A stretch of 64,000 bases of DNA from assembly GCA_951406725.2 (NCBI GenBank), contig OX597834.1, forward strand, positions 558,001 through 622,000, written 5' to 3'. Made by a program: the position numbers and the translations under genes. The notes under the pieces were generated by a model. The model saw only the letters and a list, made by a program, of their open reading frames with translations. It made no database searches and was not told the origin of the DNA. Of this stretch, positions 25,434 through 37,100 are shown piece by piece. The stretch's first letter is position 1. The number at the start of each line of letters is the position of its first letter. The stretch comes from Octopus vulgaris. Taxonomy: Eukaryota.

Positions 25434-25600
25434 ATCCTCCTTTTTACTCTCGGCACAAGGCCTGAAATTTTTGGGAATGGGGCAAGCCAATTAGATCGAC
25501 TCCAGTACGCAACTGGTACTTAATTTATCGACCCCGAAAAGATGAAAGGCAAAGTCGACCTCGACGGAATTTGAACTCAGAACGTAAACACAGACGAACT
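25434..25600 (-). mobile_element. SINE family A lacking its 5' end
   Basis: actggtacttaatttatcgaccccgaaaagatgaaaggcaaagtcgacctcgacggaatttgaactcagaacg. Confidence 0.85.
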
Positions 25601-25620
25601 GTCTGCAAAATAATAAAATA

Positions 25621-25982
25621 ATAAGAGCACTGAGAGAGCGCAAACCTCCGCCAAGGCAACACCAACATCCTCTCAACGATTAACCAGAGATGATTTTTAA
25701 AATGAGAATATCTGAAATAACCTCGACTGCTCTCACAAACGAGAAAGTTAAAACTGAACCCGACCGCTCTCAAAATTTAAGTGAAAAAAAAGAAAAACAG
25801 GAAAAATAATCCAGAATCCTAATCCTGTACCAGATCGATCCCAAAATCTAATCAGTTCTTGCCAGTCATGAGGCCAAACATCCCTGAATCCGTCCAGGAG
25901 TTCTTGAGACACTTTGTCCACGGACAAACAAACAAACACAACTGAAAACAATTCTTCTGCTTTCGCCAAGACGGAGGTAATA
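25621..25982 (-). mobile_element. Non-autonomous HINE/Helentron-like element
   Basis: Subterminal inverted repeats acctccg... / ...cggaggt; (GTTT)n/GTCY microsatellite near the 5' end; 3' stem-loop gcgctctctcagtgc followed by T-rich end. This layout is typical of DINE-1/HINE elements; similar repeats are sometimes labelled Crypton. Confidence 0.55.
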
Positions 25983-26384
25983 ATGTGTTGGTAGATGTTT
26001 GCAATTAGAAATCAAAATGCGAATGACAAACTATGGAGCTGTGAATTACAAAAGATGAAATATTGAAATTCTCTCCGGTCACACACATTTCCGAAAGATT
26101 TGGAAATGACGAATATTACAAGTAATTCCTTTTCCTACCAGTGTTAACTCCCTCTCATCAGGCACGCAAATATGCGGAACTCTTAAGCAACCGCTCCCCA
26201 CCCGCAAATCATAGAAAATGTTAATTAGGGTCAAGAGAAGTTGTGCTAATTTCTGATAATTGTTATTTAAAAAAATGTTTCTATTGGATTTAAAATGGAG
26301 CGTTGCTACTCAAGGTACGAACAATATTTTATTTTACCGCATTTGCAGAACCTGTATTGGGTCAACAAAACCTCTTCTTTATTC

Positions 26385-26644
26385 ATTCTGTTAATCTTCT
26401 ATATGTTTCAGTCATCTGACTGCGGCCATGATGGAGCACCACTTCAAAAGGGTTTCAGTCGAAGAAATCGACCTCAGGACGTACTCTTTGTAAGCCGAGA
26501 ACTAATTTTATCGGTGTCTTTTGCTCAACCGCTAAGTTACGGAAACATAAATACACCAACATTGTCGAACGATGGAGTGTGTGTGCGCGCGCGCGTGTGT
26601 GATAGACACACATAAATAAATACAATTGTGTGTGTATATATGTG

Positions 26645-26691
<47 letters not shown>

Positions 26692-26836
26692 ACCAGCAAC
26701 TTTCAGTTTCCGTCAACCAAACCCACTCACAACACCCGCGGCTATAGTAGAAGACACTTTCCGAAGGTTCCACAGAGTAGGACTGAACCTGGAACCGTGT
26801 GGCCGGGAAGCAAGCTTCTTACCACACAGCCACGCC
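26385..26836 (-). mobile_element. SINE family B, full length, internal (TA)/(GT) microsatellite
   Basis: Reverse complement of ggcgtggctgtgtggtaagaagcttgcttccc...gtcttctactatagcc...catggccgcagtcagatgactgaaaca. Confidence 0.85.
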
Positions 26837-27164
26837 TGATCCTTATTTTTATTTCTTCCTATTTCTCTCAAAAATATCGAATAAAATAAAGTTGCTTAAG
26901 CTGTTCCTTGAAAAGGGTCACAAGATTTCCCATCAGTTTGGTGAGTCTTTAAGAAAAAAGAAAAAAAGTCTAAATTTATTGACGCTGCAAATTTTTCGAT
27001 TTGTGTGATCCTTCCTTCCATGGTAAACCCTCATCACTTGTTTAGGTTTCCAAATTTTACCCCGATTTAAAAAAGTTTCAAAGTTTTGCTCTTGCAATAC
27101 GTTCTACTTTCTTCAATTTTAGTTCATTTTATAATTTTAATATCATGTAAAAAGTTAAAGCGAG

Positions 27165-27432
27165 GCACCCCAATCTAGAGCTTATGGTCAGCACGGGTTG
27201 GAATAGACAGTGTCCGTAAATAGATTGTCTTTAGAAAGAGTGTCTTTAAGAGAGTAATGAGTGAAGGGGATGGTTAGACGTCCTTAACAATAGGGAGGAG
27301 GGCAAGGGTTGTAGGAAGAGGAGAAGAGTGATGGGAGAAATGCAAGTATGGTGAGAGGAGGACAAGGCCGGTGGAAGGAGGCCGCGACATGGGAGAGGAA
27401 GGCTACGGTAGTCGCCGGCGAAGAGTGGCAGT
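27165..27432 (-). mobile_element. Possible degenerate CR1-group LINE 3' fragment
   Basis: GC-rich island; minus frame GLLPPALSSSHHTCIS is weakly like CR1/Zenon ORF2 C-termini. Confidence 0.3.
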
Positions 27433-28964
27433 CACCTCCAGACCTGGAGACCCGAGTCTAATTCTTACAGTTATGCGTCTCTGCTAAATACAATCAAATG
27501 CATTTAAACCGGGTGACAGATTAAGTCCACCACCACACCAAAGCTACTCAATAAAACAGATTTTCACACAAATTACAGATCTTGGTGATGGACAGTGTTG
27601 AAGAATAATTGGAAATAATGTCTGAATAGTATCGCTGAATCAGTCTGAGAAATAGGTTAGTCAATGTAATTGTATTAGTATTGGCTGGAAGTCATTGCCA
27701 TCGTCAGCACAATGATAATTAGAATTCATTACTTCGCTATCGAGACCTATTGGTGATTAGGAAAGAGAGACTGGTAGCTGCTGTGATAAGGTGTTGCCGT
27801 TTATTAAAGAACCTTCCCATTAGGATTAGACAGTCACTTCATTACGTCGCTACTTCACGGCCTGGATAATTTGCGCAAGAGGAACAACAGTGTTAAATTC
27901 AAACAGAAAGCAGCAGAAATGGAACCGAATCATTTTCTGTATAACTCATTACTTGATTTAAAAGCAAAGCTGATGATTGAAATTATAGTTTCATATTTCC
28001 ATAATATTGCATTGTGCCGTCGTCCAATTTTAGATAAGGATATTCCGATATTCAACAAGGAACACAACAGCAATAATTCTTAGCAATTGATATTGAATAA
28101 CTCTATAATAATGTGAAGTGTTTTTACACATAGAAATCGGACAAAAGGAAGCTTCATTACCTCCGAGAATCTTATTAATGTTACTTTACATCAGATGTTT
28201 CACTAAATAATATTTTATTCGTTACAAATCAATTTTCGTATCGATAATAAGTGGAAGCTAATGTTCTGATAACCAAACCGAATAAAGTAAACTTTACATT
28301 AGACACAGCTAAACATACTTTCGATTTTTGCCGATAAATGCACGAAATCAAAGACTTCATTGTTTGGACAAATTGAAATTCCTATTTCAATTAATTCCAA
28401 AAAGATCATTTACAAAGATAGAGGAAAAGATTCAAAGTCTTCCTTTAAACAAATTTAATGCCAAATACATTTATTTATCATTGCAAAACAACAAAAACAA
28501 ATACTTTCCGGTTTAAATTGATATTAACTGCCGGAAAAAAACTTGATTCGGAAAGGATTTTACTGTGAAATCAGCGATCAGTCAGCAAGAGCGATAAAAG
28601 AACACAATAAAGGCTTATTGCATACTCGAGCATCCCTGAGAACATTAGAAGGAGATTTGGCTGTTATTTCTAGCAAGTCTAGCGGGCACACAGATTTTCT
28701 GTCGTTGACTGACCTCGTATTTCTCTCTATTCTTGCTGACCTCGTCCAATCCCCTTCAAGTGTTTCCTTTCATAACCAATCCAAGGAAAGGTTTATCTTT
28801 AATTCAATTATTTGTGCTGTGAATCTAAGAGGTTGATAAACCTGCCAACTATAGCAGCCAAATCAACCTCATATTACGCGAGATGATATTATCCGCGAAA
28901 CAGATACGGATTTGTCATGGCTGGAGAGCCCTTTATCAAAGAACCATTTATGTGAGGGTTAAAC

Positions 28965-29115
28965 ATGACCGAGTGGTCAACAAGTTTGTTTCACAAGTAC
29001 GTGGTTTAAGATTCATTCTCACTGCGCGGCAAATTGTCCATCTTCAACCACTGTTTGGGGTTGACCAAAGATTTATCAGTGAAATTTGGTTGTTAGAAAC
29101 TGTGTGGAAGCCTGG
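28965..29115 (+). mobile_element. SINE family B head, degenerate
   Basis: atgaccgagtggtcaacaagtttgtttcacaa...actgcgcggc...gtgaaatttggttgttagaaactgtgtggaagcc. Confidence 0.6.
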
Positions 29116-29927
29116 CGAAGGTGAAGGGGGTAGTTGTTGTTTAGGTTGGTAAATTTAATCCGTCATCCACATTAGTGCCACACCCTGGCCCTTATGGGTG
29201 GTCTTTAGCTAAGGAGTTAGGGAATGTCCAATCTGTCAACAGTATTCAAATCAGATCTGTGAAAAGAATCGGGGCTTCGGTGTCTCCTCTCCTTCTGTTA
29301 CTATGGAAACCAAAAACCAAAGAGCAACAACAGCAAAAACAAGAACAACGATCGGTGCAAGACGAAAACCGAAAACAAAAACCAACAAAAATGACGACAG
29401 GGAAAGCAAGGGGAACGTCAACAACAGCCAGCAACAACAACAAAAATAATCTAATTATTGAACTGGTTTCTACTGGGATTAAGAGGCAATCACGTTGACA
29501 ATAGATCGATCGGGGTGGTGGTGACTCGATTCTACTCCTGTCTCTCTGTCCCCAATGTAAAGAAATCGATATTTTTAACAGATCGCATTCCTATTTGATT
29601 TTGATGATATTGAAATAAGATCGATGAGTTCAAGTGATCGACTTATTATACACTTATCTTTATTGGCTGATTTGTTTTATTGCTTTTTTTTTCTTCTGTC
29701 GATAACATCTTTGACATACAACAGCAACTGCAACAACAGCGACAATAACAACAGAACAAAAATAACAACAATAAACAGCTCATCACCACCGTCCCCACCA
29801 TCACCACCGCCGCCACCACCAACAACAATAGTTCCACAACAACAACAACAACAACAACATGTATGTTGTATTCTAAACAATGCATTTCTCCAGATTCAAC
29901 TTTGATATTAACTTTGATCTGCGGTCA

Positions 29928-29935
29928 TGACGTCA
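29928..29935. promoter_or_regulatory. Perfect palindromic CRE motif TGACGTCA
   Basis: Exact 8-mer; function unknown; about one such match per window of this size could arise by chance. Confidence 0.2.
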
Positions 29936-31864
29936 CACCATTGTTTCCGTGAATTTCAGTGAGATTCGGTGAAAATGACGAGGAAACACACACACACACG
30001 AACGTATAGATTCACACACATACAGAAAATGATATACTAACACATACACACACATACACACTTGACAATAGCTGTTAATATACAAGAGAGAAGAGGCAGG
30101 TTAGTTGTAACAGAAAGTTTCATTTGATAAGGTCAAAAAGGATGCGACGAAAATATTGCAGAGAAATTAATAAAGAATGTATGAAACAATCAGCAGGTGT
30201 GACATTATTGGCAATATTTGAAAGCATTGACAAATATGACAGACTCGTTCTTCGTTTCAACATGCGGCGGCATTGCTAAGAGACGTTGTTATACATGAAA
30301 CATATTTCATTAATTTCTACGAAACGAATATTGAATTAACTGATTAATCTCGTTAAAAACTAATCAGGGTTTTATCTCTGTTGCATTTATTACAACAAGA
30401 ATTACACTTGCTAATTTCTATCCGATCTTTAGATTTATTCAAACAAAGCATGTCGGGAGAAAATGTTTAATTTTACGATGAAATGTTTTCTAAAAATGAA
30501 AGCACCAGAATCCATCCATCCATCCATCCGTCCGTCCGTCCATCTGGTCTTTTCCATTTGGAATTCAATTATATGTGAGTTAAGAGACTTATTCAAGTAT
30601 GAACTGAAAGTTTTTTAAAAAGTAATTCAGTTATTTTTTTTCTCAACCCTACAGCATCATCTGGTCATTGGAGGTGTTTAACGGCGTCTATTCAAACCAG
30701 AACTCCATCTGAGGGTAAAGTTTTAGCGACGTAGGCCCCTAAAAAGGGTCTTGGGTGTTTCCCTTTCTGCATTAGCTAAATTATTGAGGAAAAAATCAGT
30801 TTGACATTGGTTTTAGTGGTTGGCTGTATCTAACTAAACAATTTGTAGTGGGAAACACATTTGTGCAACTCTAATGTCCATTAGAGAGAATGTGTTGTGG
30901 AAATTATATATCTTTGCCTCCTATTATGGCGCCACAGATGTAATTTTTAGCTGCGTGTATGATAAACGGAGACATCATGCAGTAAACGGGGAAAAAAATT
31001 AGAAAACCTATAAATGACAATTGCTCTGGAGGAGTTAAAGTGATAATTTTCTCTTATAATTTGCGATCGAGTTATTAATTTTTGAACAAGAAAAAAATAA
31101 ATAAAGGAAAAAAAAACTTATAATTTTCTGTATGTGATTCAGATAAAATCTTTGAAAAAAGAAAAATGCGTTCAGTTTTGTATCTTGCGAGTAAAACAGG
31201 GGAAAATATTAATAAGAATAAATAAATAAAATATAAAGAAGAATCAGGGAAGAAAATAAAATAGCATCATTTTTAGTCTTTACACTGTCAGGTAAAAAAG
31301 GTTCAAGAGATTTGAAAAATATAAAATTAGCGAATCACAAAACAACTTCATGAATAAAAATATTTTCGGTTTGCCATCCTCTCAAGAACTTTTATTTAGT
31401 TTTGATACAAATATTGGCTTCAAATGTCATCGTACACGGTCTAATATATTTCTCTACTATTACCATATTCCGAACAAGATCAAGCCTCCAATGAATCTAG
31501 CTCATCAATTCCTACCTTGCTTATCTACTCAACGCTGAGAAAAGAAAAAGTGGCATTACCGCTCCACAAAGTGCCTGTTTGATTTTCTAAAAATGGAAGC
31601 CAAATCTCTCTCGAAACAAATAAGGGTGTATTTATAATAGCGCGCACCAGATAATATTGTTAGGGGTACATTATGTCGGAAAAGATTAGGGAATGACTCT
31701 GGGCTAAATGACAAGAACTTTAAAGAGAAGAGATAATCGACTATAGCCTTATTTGAACTTGGACCCTAGAGAGAAGGAACTCGACATTACAATATATTTT
31801 GTCAGATTTTCTGTCTTAATCGTCTCTGTTAGCTGATTCCTTCCGCCATCTTACATAGCTGTTG

Positions 31865-32012
31865 ACATGGCTGTGTAGTTAAGAAGTTCATTTCCGCAAC
31901 TACGGTGTTTTCGGTTCGATCCTACTGCGCGGCACGAGTGTCTTCTACGTTTGCTATCATTATTTAGGTGCATTGGCAATGGAAATTTGGTCGATGGAAA
32001 CTGCGGGGGAAG
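31865..32012 (+). mobile_element. SINE family B head
   Basis: catggctgtgtagttaagaagtt...ggttcgatcctactgcgcggcacgagtgtcttctac...atttggtcgatggaaactg. Confidence 0.7.
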
Positions 32013-32194
32013 ATATATATATATTTGAAAGTATATAAGGATTACTTAATACAGGTGATTTAAGAAAAAATGTTACACATACACATGTGAATATATATGT
32101 GTGCCTGTGTGTCTACAGAGAATGTAGTAATAGAGTATGATCGCCAACAAACAAGAGACAGGGGGAGGGAGGGAGGGAGAGAGGAGAGAAAATT

Positions 32195-32400
32195 GGCTCT
32201 TCTCCGATGGCACCATACAGATCGTTAGCAGTTGTTGACCTGCTATAAGACCTCCAGAATATTTCTGCTGTAGAGTTCTATTCTCCAATGTCAGCTGCAA
32301 CACCCATATCTGCCATCACAGACACACAAACAACAGCATTCTATTGGTTGGCCACTTCTACCACAGCTTGGAGCATCGCCCAGTCACATCTTGCCTTTGT
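32195..32400 (-). mobile_element. Possible RTE-X LINE remnant
   Basis: Minus-strand fragments LQAVVE, LLF...WVLQLTLENR and NDLYGAI resemble RTE-X C-terminal motifs. Confidence 0.35.
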
Positions 32401-32504
32401 CTAATATAAGCTTACAAGAAATACACTCAAATGGACTTCTCTGTAAGTAAACACACACACAAGTCTATATACTTTATATTGATACATTTATGCATGTATA
32501 TACA

Positions 32505-32573
<69 letters not shown>

Positions 32574-34186
32574 GTCAACTCATATACGTACGCGCGTGCG
32601 TTGGTGTGTGTACGTTCTGTTTCATAATATAATTCGACTGATACAAAAACTTAGCAATTCGTGGTGCTTTTTTCTTCTTTGGGATTGTTTACACATCACT
32701 ACATCACTATCGATTGTTTATACGCCTGTATTGATTAATATTGCAATACAAGCCACCTACTGAAAATGCGCACAAATGAACACACACGCACGTGTGGATG
32801 TGTGTGTGTGTGTGTGTGTAAAGAAGAAAAATTCTTGGAAAAGATGTTGAAAACATGAAGTTAGCTAAATATTTTTTAAAGTTTTTCCGTCAAAGCTTTT
32901 CATATGAACGGATCTTTATTTCTTATTAAACTTATTCAAAATCTACGACAGTTTGTGAAGAAGTGTAGGTTTTGTGTCTTGAACAATAGAGAATGTCTCT
33001 CCAGGGGACGGCACTATTGGCACATAGTTCCTTTTGCATTTAAGCAAAGAATGAGATGTCTTCCTGAACTACTGCATCTCTGACCCTGTGGAGAGTTTAA
33101 ACTGTTACTCACTGGTGTGTTGCTAGAAGGAGTCTAGCAAGAGTCCTGAAATATACATCAGCCATTGTAAGAGTGTCTACGACAGTGTAATAAGATCGAT
33201 TAATTCAATCGAAGAATATATTCACTTTTATTAATTGATTGGTTTTTTGGAACTTTAACATCAACAACGACTAATTTATCGAAGTTCAAACACTAAAAAT
33301 AGCAGCTAAATCTCTTCCCTACCCCACCACCACAAAAAAATCATCACTGTTTGGAAAAGGAAGGACGAATTGAGTCATTTAGTCAAACATACCCTACAAA
33401 TACGGATGGTCATGGTTAGATTGTCTTAGATGTTGGGTCTTCTGGGTCAGAGGTGACCGTTTAACAATTGAAACACTAATGATTAATGCAACAACTGAGG
33501 AATATTTTGGTAGCTAATCCTGATACAAAATATAAATGGCGAGGAACTAAACCTAACAGGTGAGCCCTTGCAACAGCAATAATCTCAGGTATGACCTTTG
33601 ACACCTCCAAATGTCCAAGCAGTGTTTGGCACCAGAATGTGTCATTCAGAACCAAAAATGATGAAGCATTAGTCCTGTACGTCTAAATGTACCAGAAGAG
33701 CTGCGATAAAATCACCATAACGTACCTCAATCCAGGATGTGTACCTGGTACCATATTACTTTCGAATTAGAAACTTTATTACTCAGTAAAAGAACAAGTT
33801 TCAGTGTTAGGCTTTACAGAGCGAAATCGAAATTTATCAGTTTAGGCATTCAAAGTATGTAGAAACTATTTAAAATTGTGGAATTTCTGTGGATCCTGCT
33901 TCAGTGATGATAAGTTAGGTGACATAGGAGGAGAGGTTATTATCATTAGTTTGGAAATAGAGGTTCTTACTGTGTGTCGTGTTGACAACTGCAAAAAAGA
34001 CACGTGAAGACGAAGGAAATGTAGTGCAGTTGAAGATATCAAGAGTATTTTGTTTTTATCCGAATGGAATAAACTTTAAAACGTTTGCTTCTGAAAAAAT
34101 GAGAGAAGATGAATAAATTGGACGCAAAGATGGCTTGTTGGTCAAAAAGGGGCTTCTGGGTGGGGACGAAGCTCGAGTAAGGTAAC

Positions 34187-37100
34187 GGCTTGCGTGGTGA
34201 GGGTGTGGCTGGTGTGGTGCGGGTGTGGTTTGTGTGGTGAGGGTGTGGCTTGTGTGGTGAGGATGTGGCTGGTGTGGTGAGGAAGGGGCTGGTGTGGTGC
34301 GGGTGTGGCTTGTGTGGTGAGGATGTGGCTGGTGTGGTGCGGGTGTGGTCTGTGTGATGAGGGTGTGGCTTGTGTGGTGAGGATGTGACTTCTTTGGTGA
34401 GGATGTGGCTGGTGTGGTGAGGATGTGGCTGGTGTGGTGAGGGTGTGGCTGGTGTGGGAAGGGTGTGGTTTGTGTGGTGAGGGTGTGGCTGGTGTGGTGA
34501 GGATGTGGCTGGTGTGGTGAGGGTGTGGTTGGCTTGGTGAGGGTGTGGCTGGTGTGGGAAGGGTGTGGTTTGTGTGGTGAGGGTGTGGCTTGTGTGGTGA
34601 GGATGTGGCTGGTTTGGTGAGGGTGTGGCTTGTGTGGTGAGGGTGTGGCTGGTGTGGTAAGGGTGTGGCTTGTGTGATGAGGATGTGGCTGGTTTGGTGA
34701 GGGTGCGGTTGGTGTGGTAAGGGTGTGGCTGGTGTGGTGAGGATGTGGCTGGTTTGGTGAGGATGTGGTGTGATGCGGTGCGGGTGTGGGTGGTGTGGTG
34801 AGGATGTGGCTGGTGTGGTGAGGGTGTGGTTTGTGTGGTGAGGGTGTGGCTTGTGTGGTGAGGATGTGGCTGGTGTGGTGAGGGTGTGGCTGGTGTGGTA
34901 AAGGTGTGGTTTGTGTGGTAAAGGTGTGGATTGTGTGGTGAGGATGTGGCTGGTGTGGTGAGGGTGTGGTTGGTGTGGTGCGGGTGTGGTTTGTGTGGTG
35001 AGGGTGTGGCTGGTGTGGTGAGGGTGTGGCTGGTGTGGTGAGGGTTTGGTTTGTGTGGTGAGGGTGTGGTTTGTGTGGTGAGGATGTGGCTGGTGTGGTG
35101 AGGATGTGGCTGGTGTGGTGAGGGTGTGGCTGGTGTGGTGAGGGTTTGGTTTGTGTGGTGAGGGTGTGGTTTGTGTGGTGAGGATGTGGTTGGTGTGGTG
35201 AGGGTGTGGTTTGTGTGGTGAGGGTGTGGTTTGTGTGGTGAGGATGTGGTTGGTGTGGTGAGGGTGTGGTTTGTGTGGTGAGGATGTGGTTGGTGTGGTG
35301 AGGGTGTGGTTTGTGTGGTGAGGATGTGGCTGGTGTGGTGAGGATGTGGTTTGTGTGGTGAGGATGTGGTTGGCGTGGTGAGGATGTGGCTGGTGTGGTA
35401 AAGGTGTGGTTTGTGTGGTAAAGGTGTGGATTGTGTGGTGAGGATGTGGCTGGTGTGGTGAGGGTGTGGTTGGTGTGGTGCGGGTGTGGTTTGTGTGGTG
35501 AGGGTGTGGTTTGTGTGGTGAGGGTGTGGCTTGTGTGGTGAGGATGTGGCTTGTGTGGTGAGGGTGTGGTTTGTGTGGTGAGGGTGTGGCTGGTGTGGTG
35601 AGAGTGTGGTTGGTGTGGTGCGGGTGTGGTTTGTGTGGTGAGGGTGTGGCTGGTGTGGTGAGTGTGTGGTTTGTGTGGTGAGGATGTGGTTGGTGTGGTG
35701 AGGGTGTGGTTTGTGTGGTGAGGGTGTGGCTTGTGTGGTGAGGATGTGGCTTGTGTGGTGCGGGTGTGGTTTGTGTGGTGAGGATGTGGCTGGTGTGGTG
35801 AGGGTGTGGTTTGTGTGGTGAGGATGTGGTTGGCGTGGTGAGGGTGTGGTTTGTGTGGTGAGGATGTGGCTGGTGTGGTGAGGGTGTGGCTGGTGTGGTA
35901 AAGGTGTGGTTTGTGTGGTAAAGGTGTGGATTGTGTGGTGAGGATGTGGCTGGTGTGGTGAGGGTGTGGTTGGTGTGGTGCGGCTGTGGCTGGTGTGGTG
36001 AGGGTGTGGCTGGTGTGGTGAGGGTTGGGTTGTGTGGTGAGGGTGTGGTTTGTGTGGTGAGGGTGTGGCTGGTGTGGGAGGGTGTGGCTGGTGTGGTGAG
36101 GGTTTGGTTTGTGTGGTGAGGGTGTGGTTTGTGTGGTGAGGATGTGGTTGGTGTGGTGAGGGTGTGGTTTGTGTGGTGAGGATGTGGCTTGTGTGGTGCG
36201 GGTGTGGTTTGTGTGGTGAGGATGTGGCTGGTGTGGTGAGGGTGTGGTTTGTGTGGTGAGGATGTGGTTGGCGTGGTGAGGGTGTGGTTTGTGTGGTGAG
36301 GATGTGGTTGGTGTGGTGCGGGTGTGGTTTGTGTGGTGAGGGTGTGGCTTGTGTGGTGAGGATGTGGCTGGTGTGGTGAGGGTGTGGCTTGTGTGGTGAG
36401 GGTGTGGCTGGTGAGGATGTGGCTGGTGTGGTGAGGGTGTGGCTGGTGTGGTGAGGGTGTGGCTGGTGTGGTGAGGATGTAGCTGGTGTGGTGAGGGTGT
36501 GGCTTGAGTAGTGAGGATGTGGTTGGTGTGGTGCGGGTGTGGATGTGGTTGGTGTGGTGCGGGTGTGGTTTGTGTGGTGAGGGTGTGGCTTGTGTGGTGA
36601 GGATGTAGCTGGTGTGGTGAGGGTGTGGCTTGAGTAGTGAGGATGTGGTTGGTGTGGTGCGGGTGTGGCTGGTGTGGTGAGGATGTGGTTGGTGTGGTGC
36701 GGGTGTGGTTTGTGTGGTGAGGGTTTGGTTTGTGTGGTGAGGGTGTGGTTTGTGTGGTGAGGGTGTGGCTGGTGTGGTGAGGATGTGGCTGGTGTGGTGA
36801 GGGTGTTGCTGGTGTAGTGAGGATGTGGTTGGTGTGGTGCGGGTGTTGCTGGTGTGGTGAGGATGTGGTTGGTGTGGTGCGGGTGTGGTTTGTGTGGTGA
36901 GGATGTGGCTGGTGTGGTGAGGATGTGGCTGGTGTAGTGAGGGTGTTGCTGGTGTAGTGAGGATGTGGTTGGTGTGGTGCGGGTGTTGCTGGTGTGGTGA
37001 GGATGTGGTTGGTGTGGTGAGGGTTTGGTTTGTGTGGTAAGGGTGTGGCTGGTGTGGTGAGGATGTGGCTGGTGTGGTGCGGGTGTTGCTGGGATGGTAA

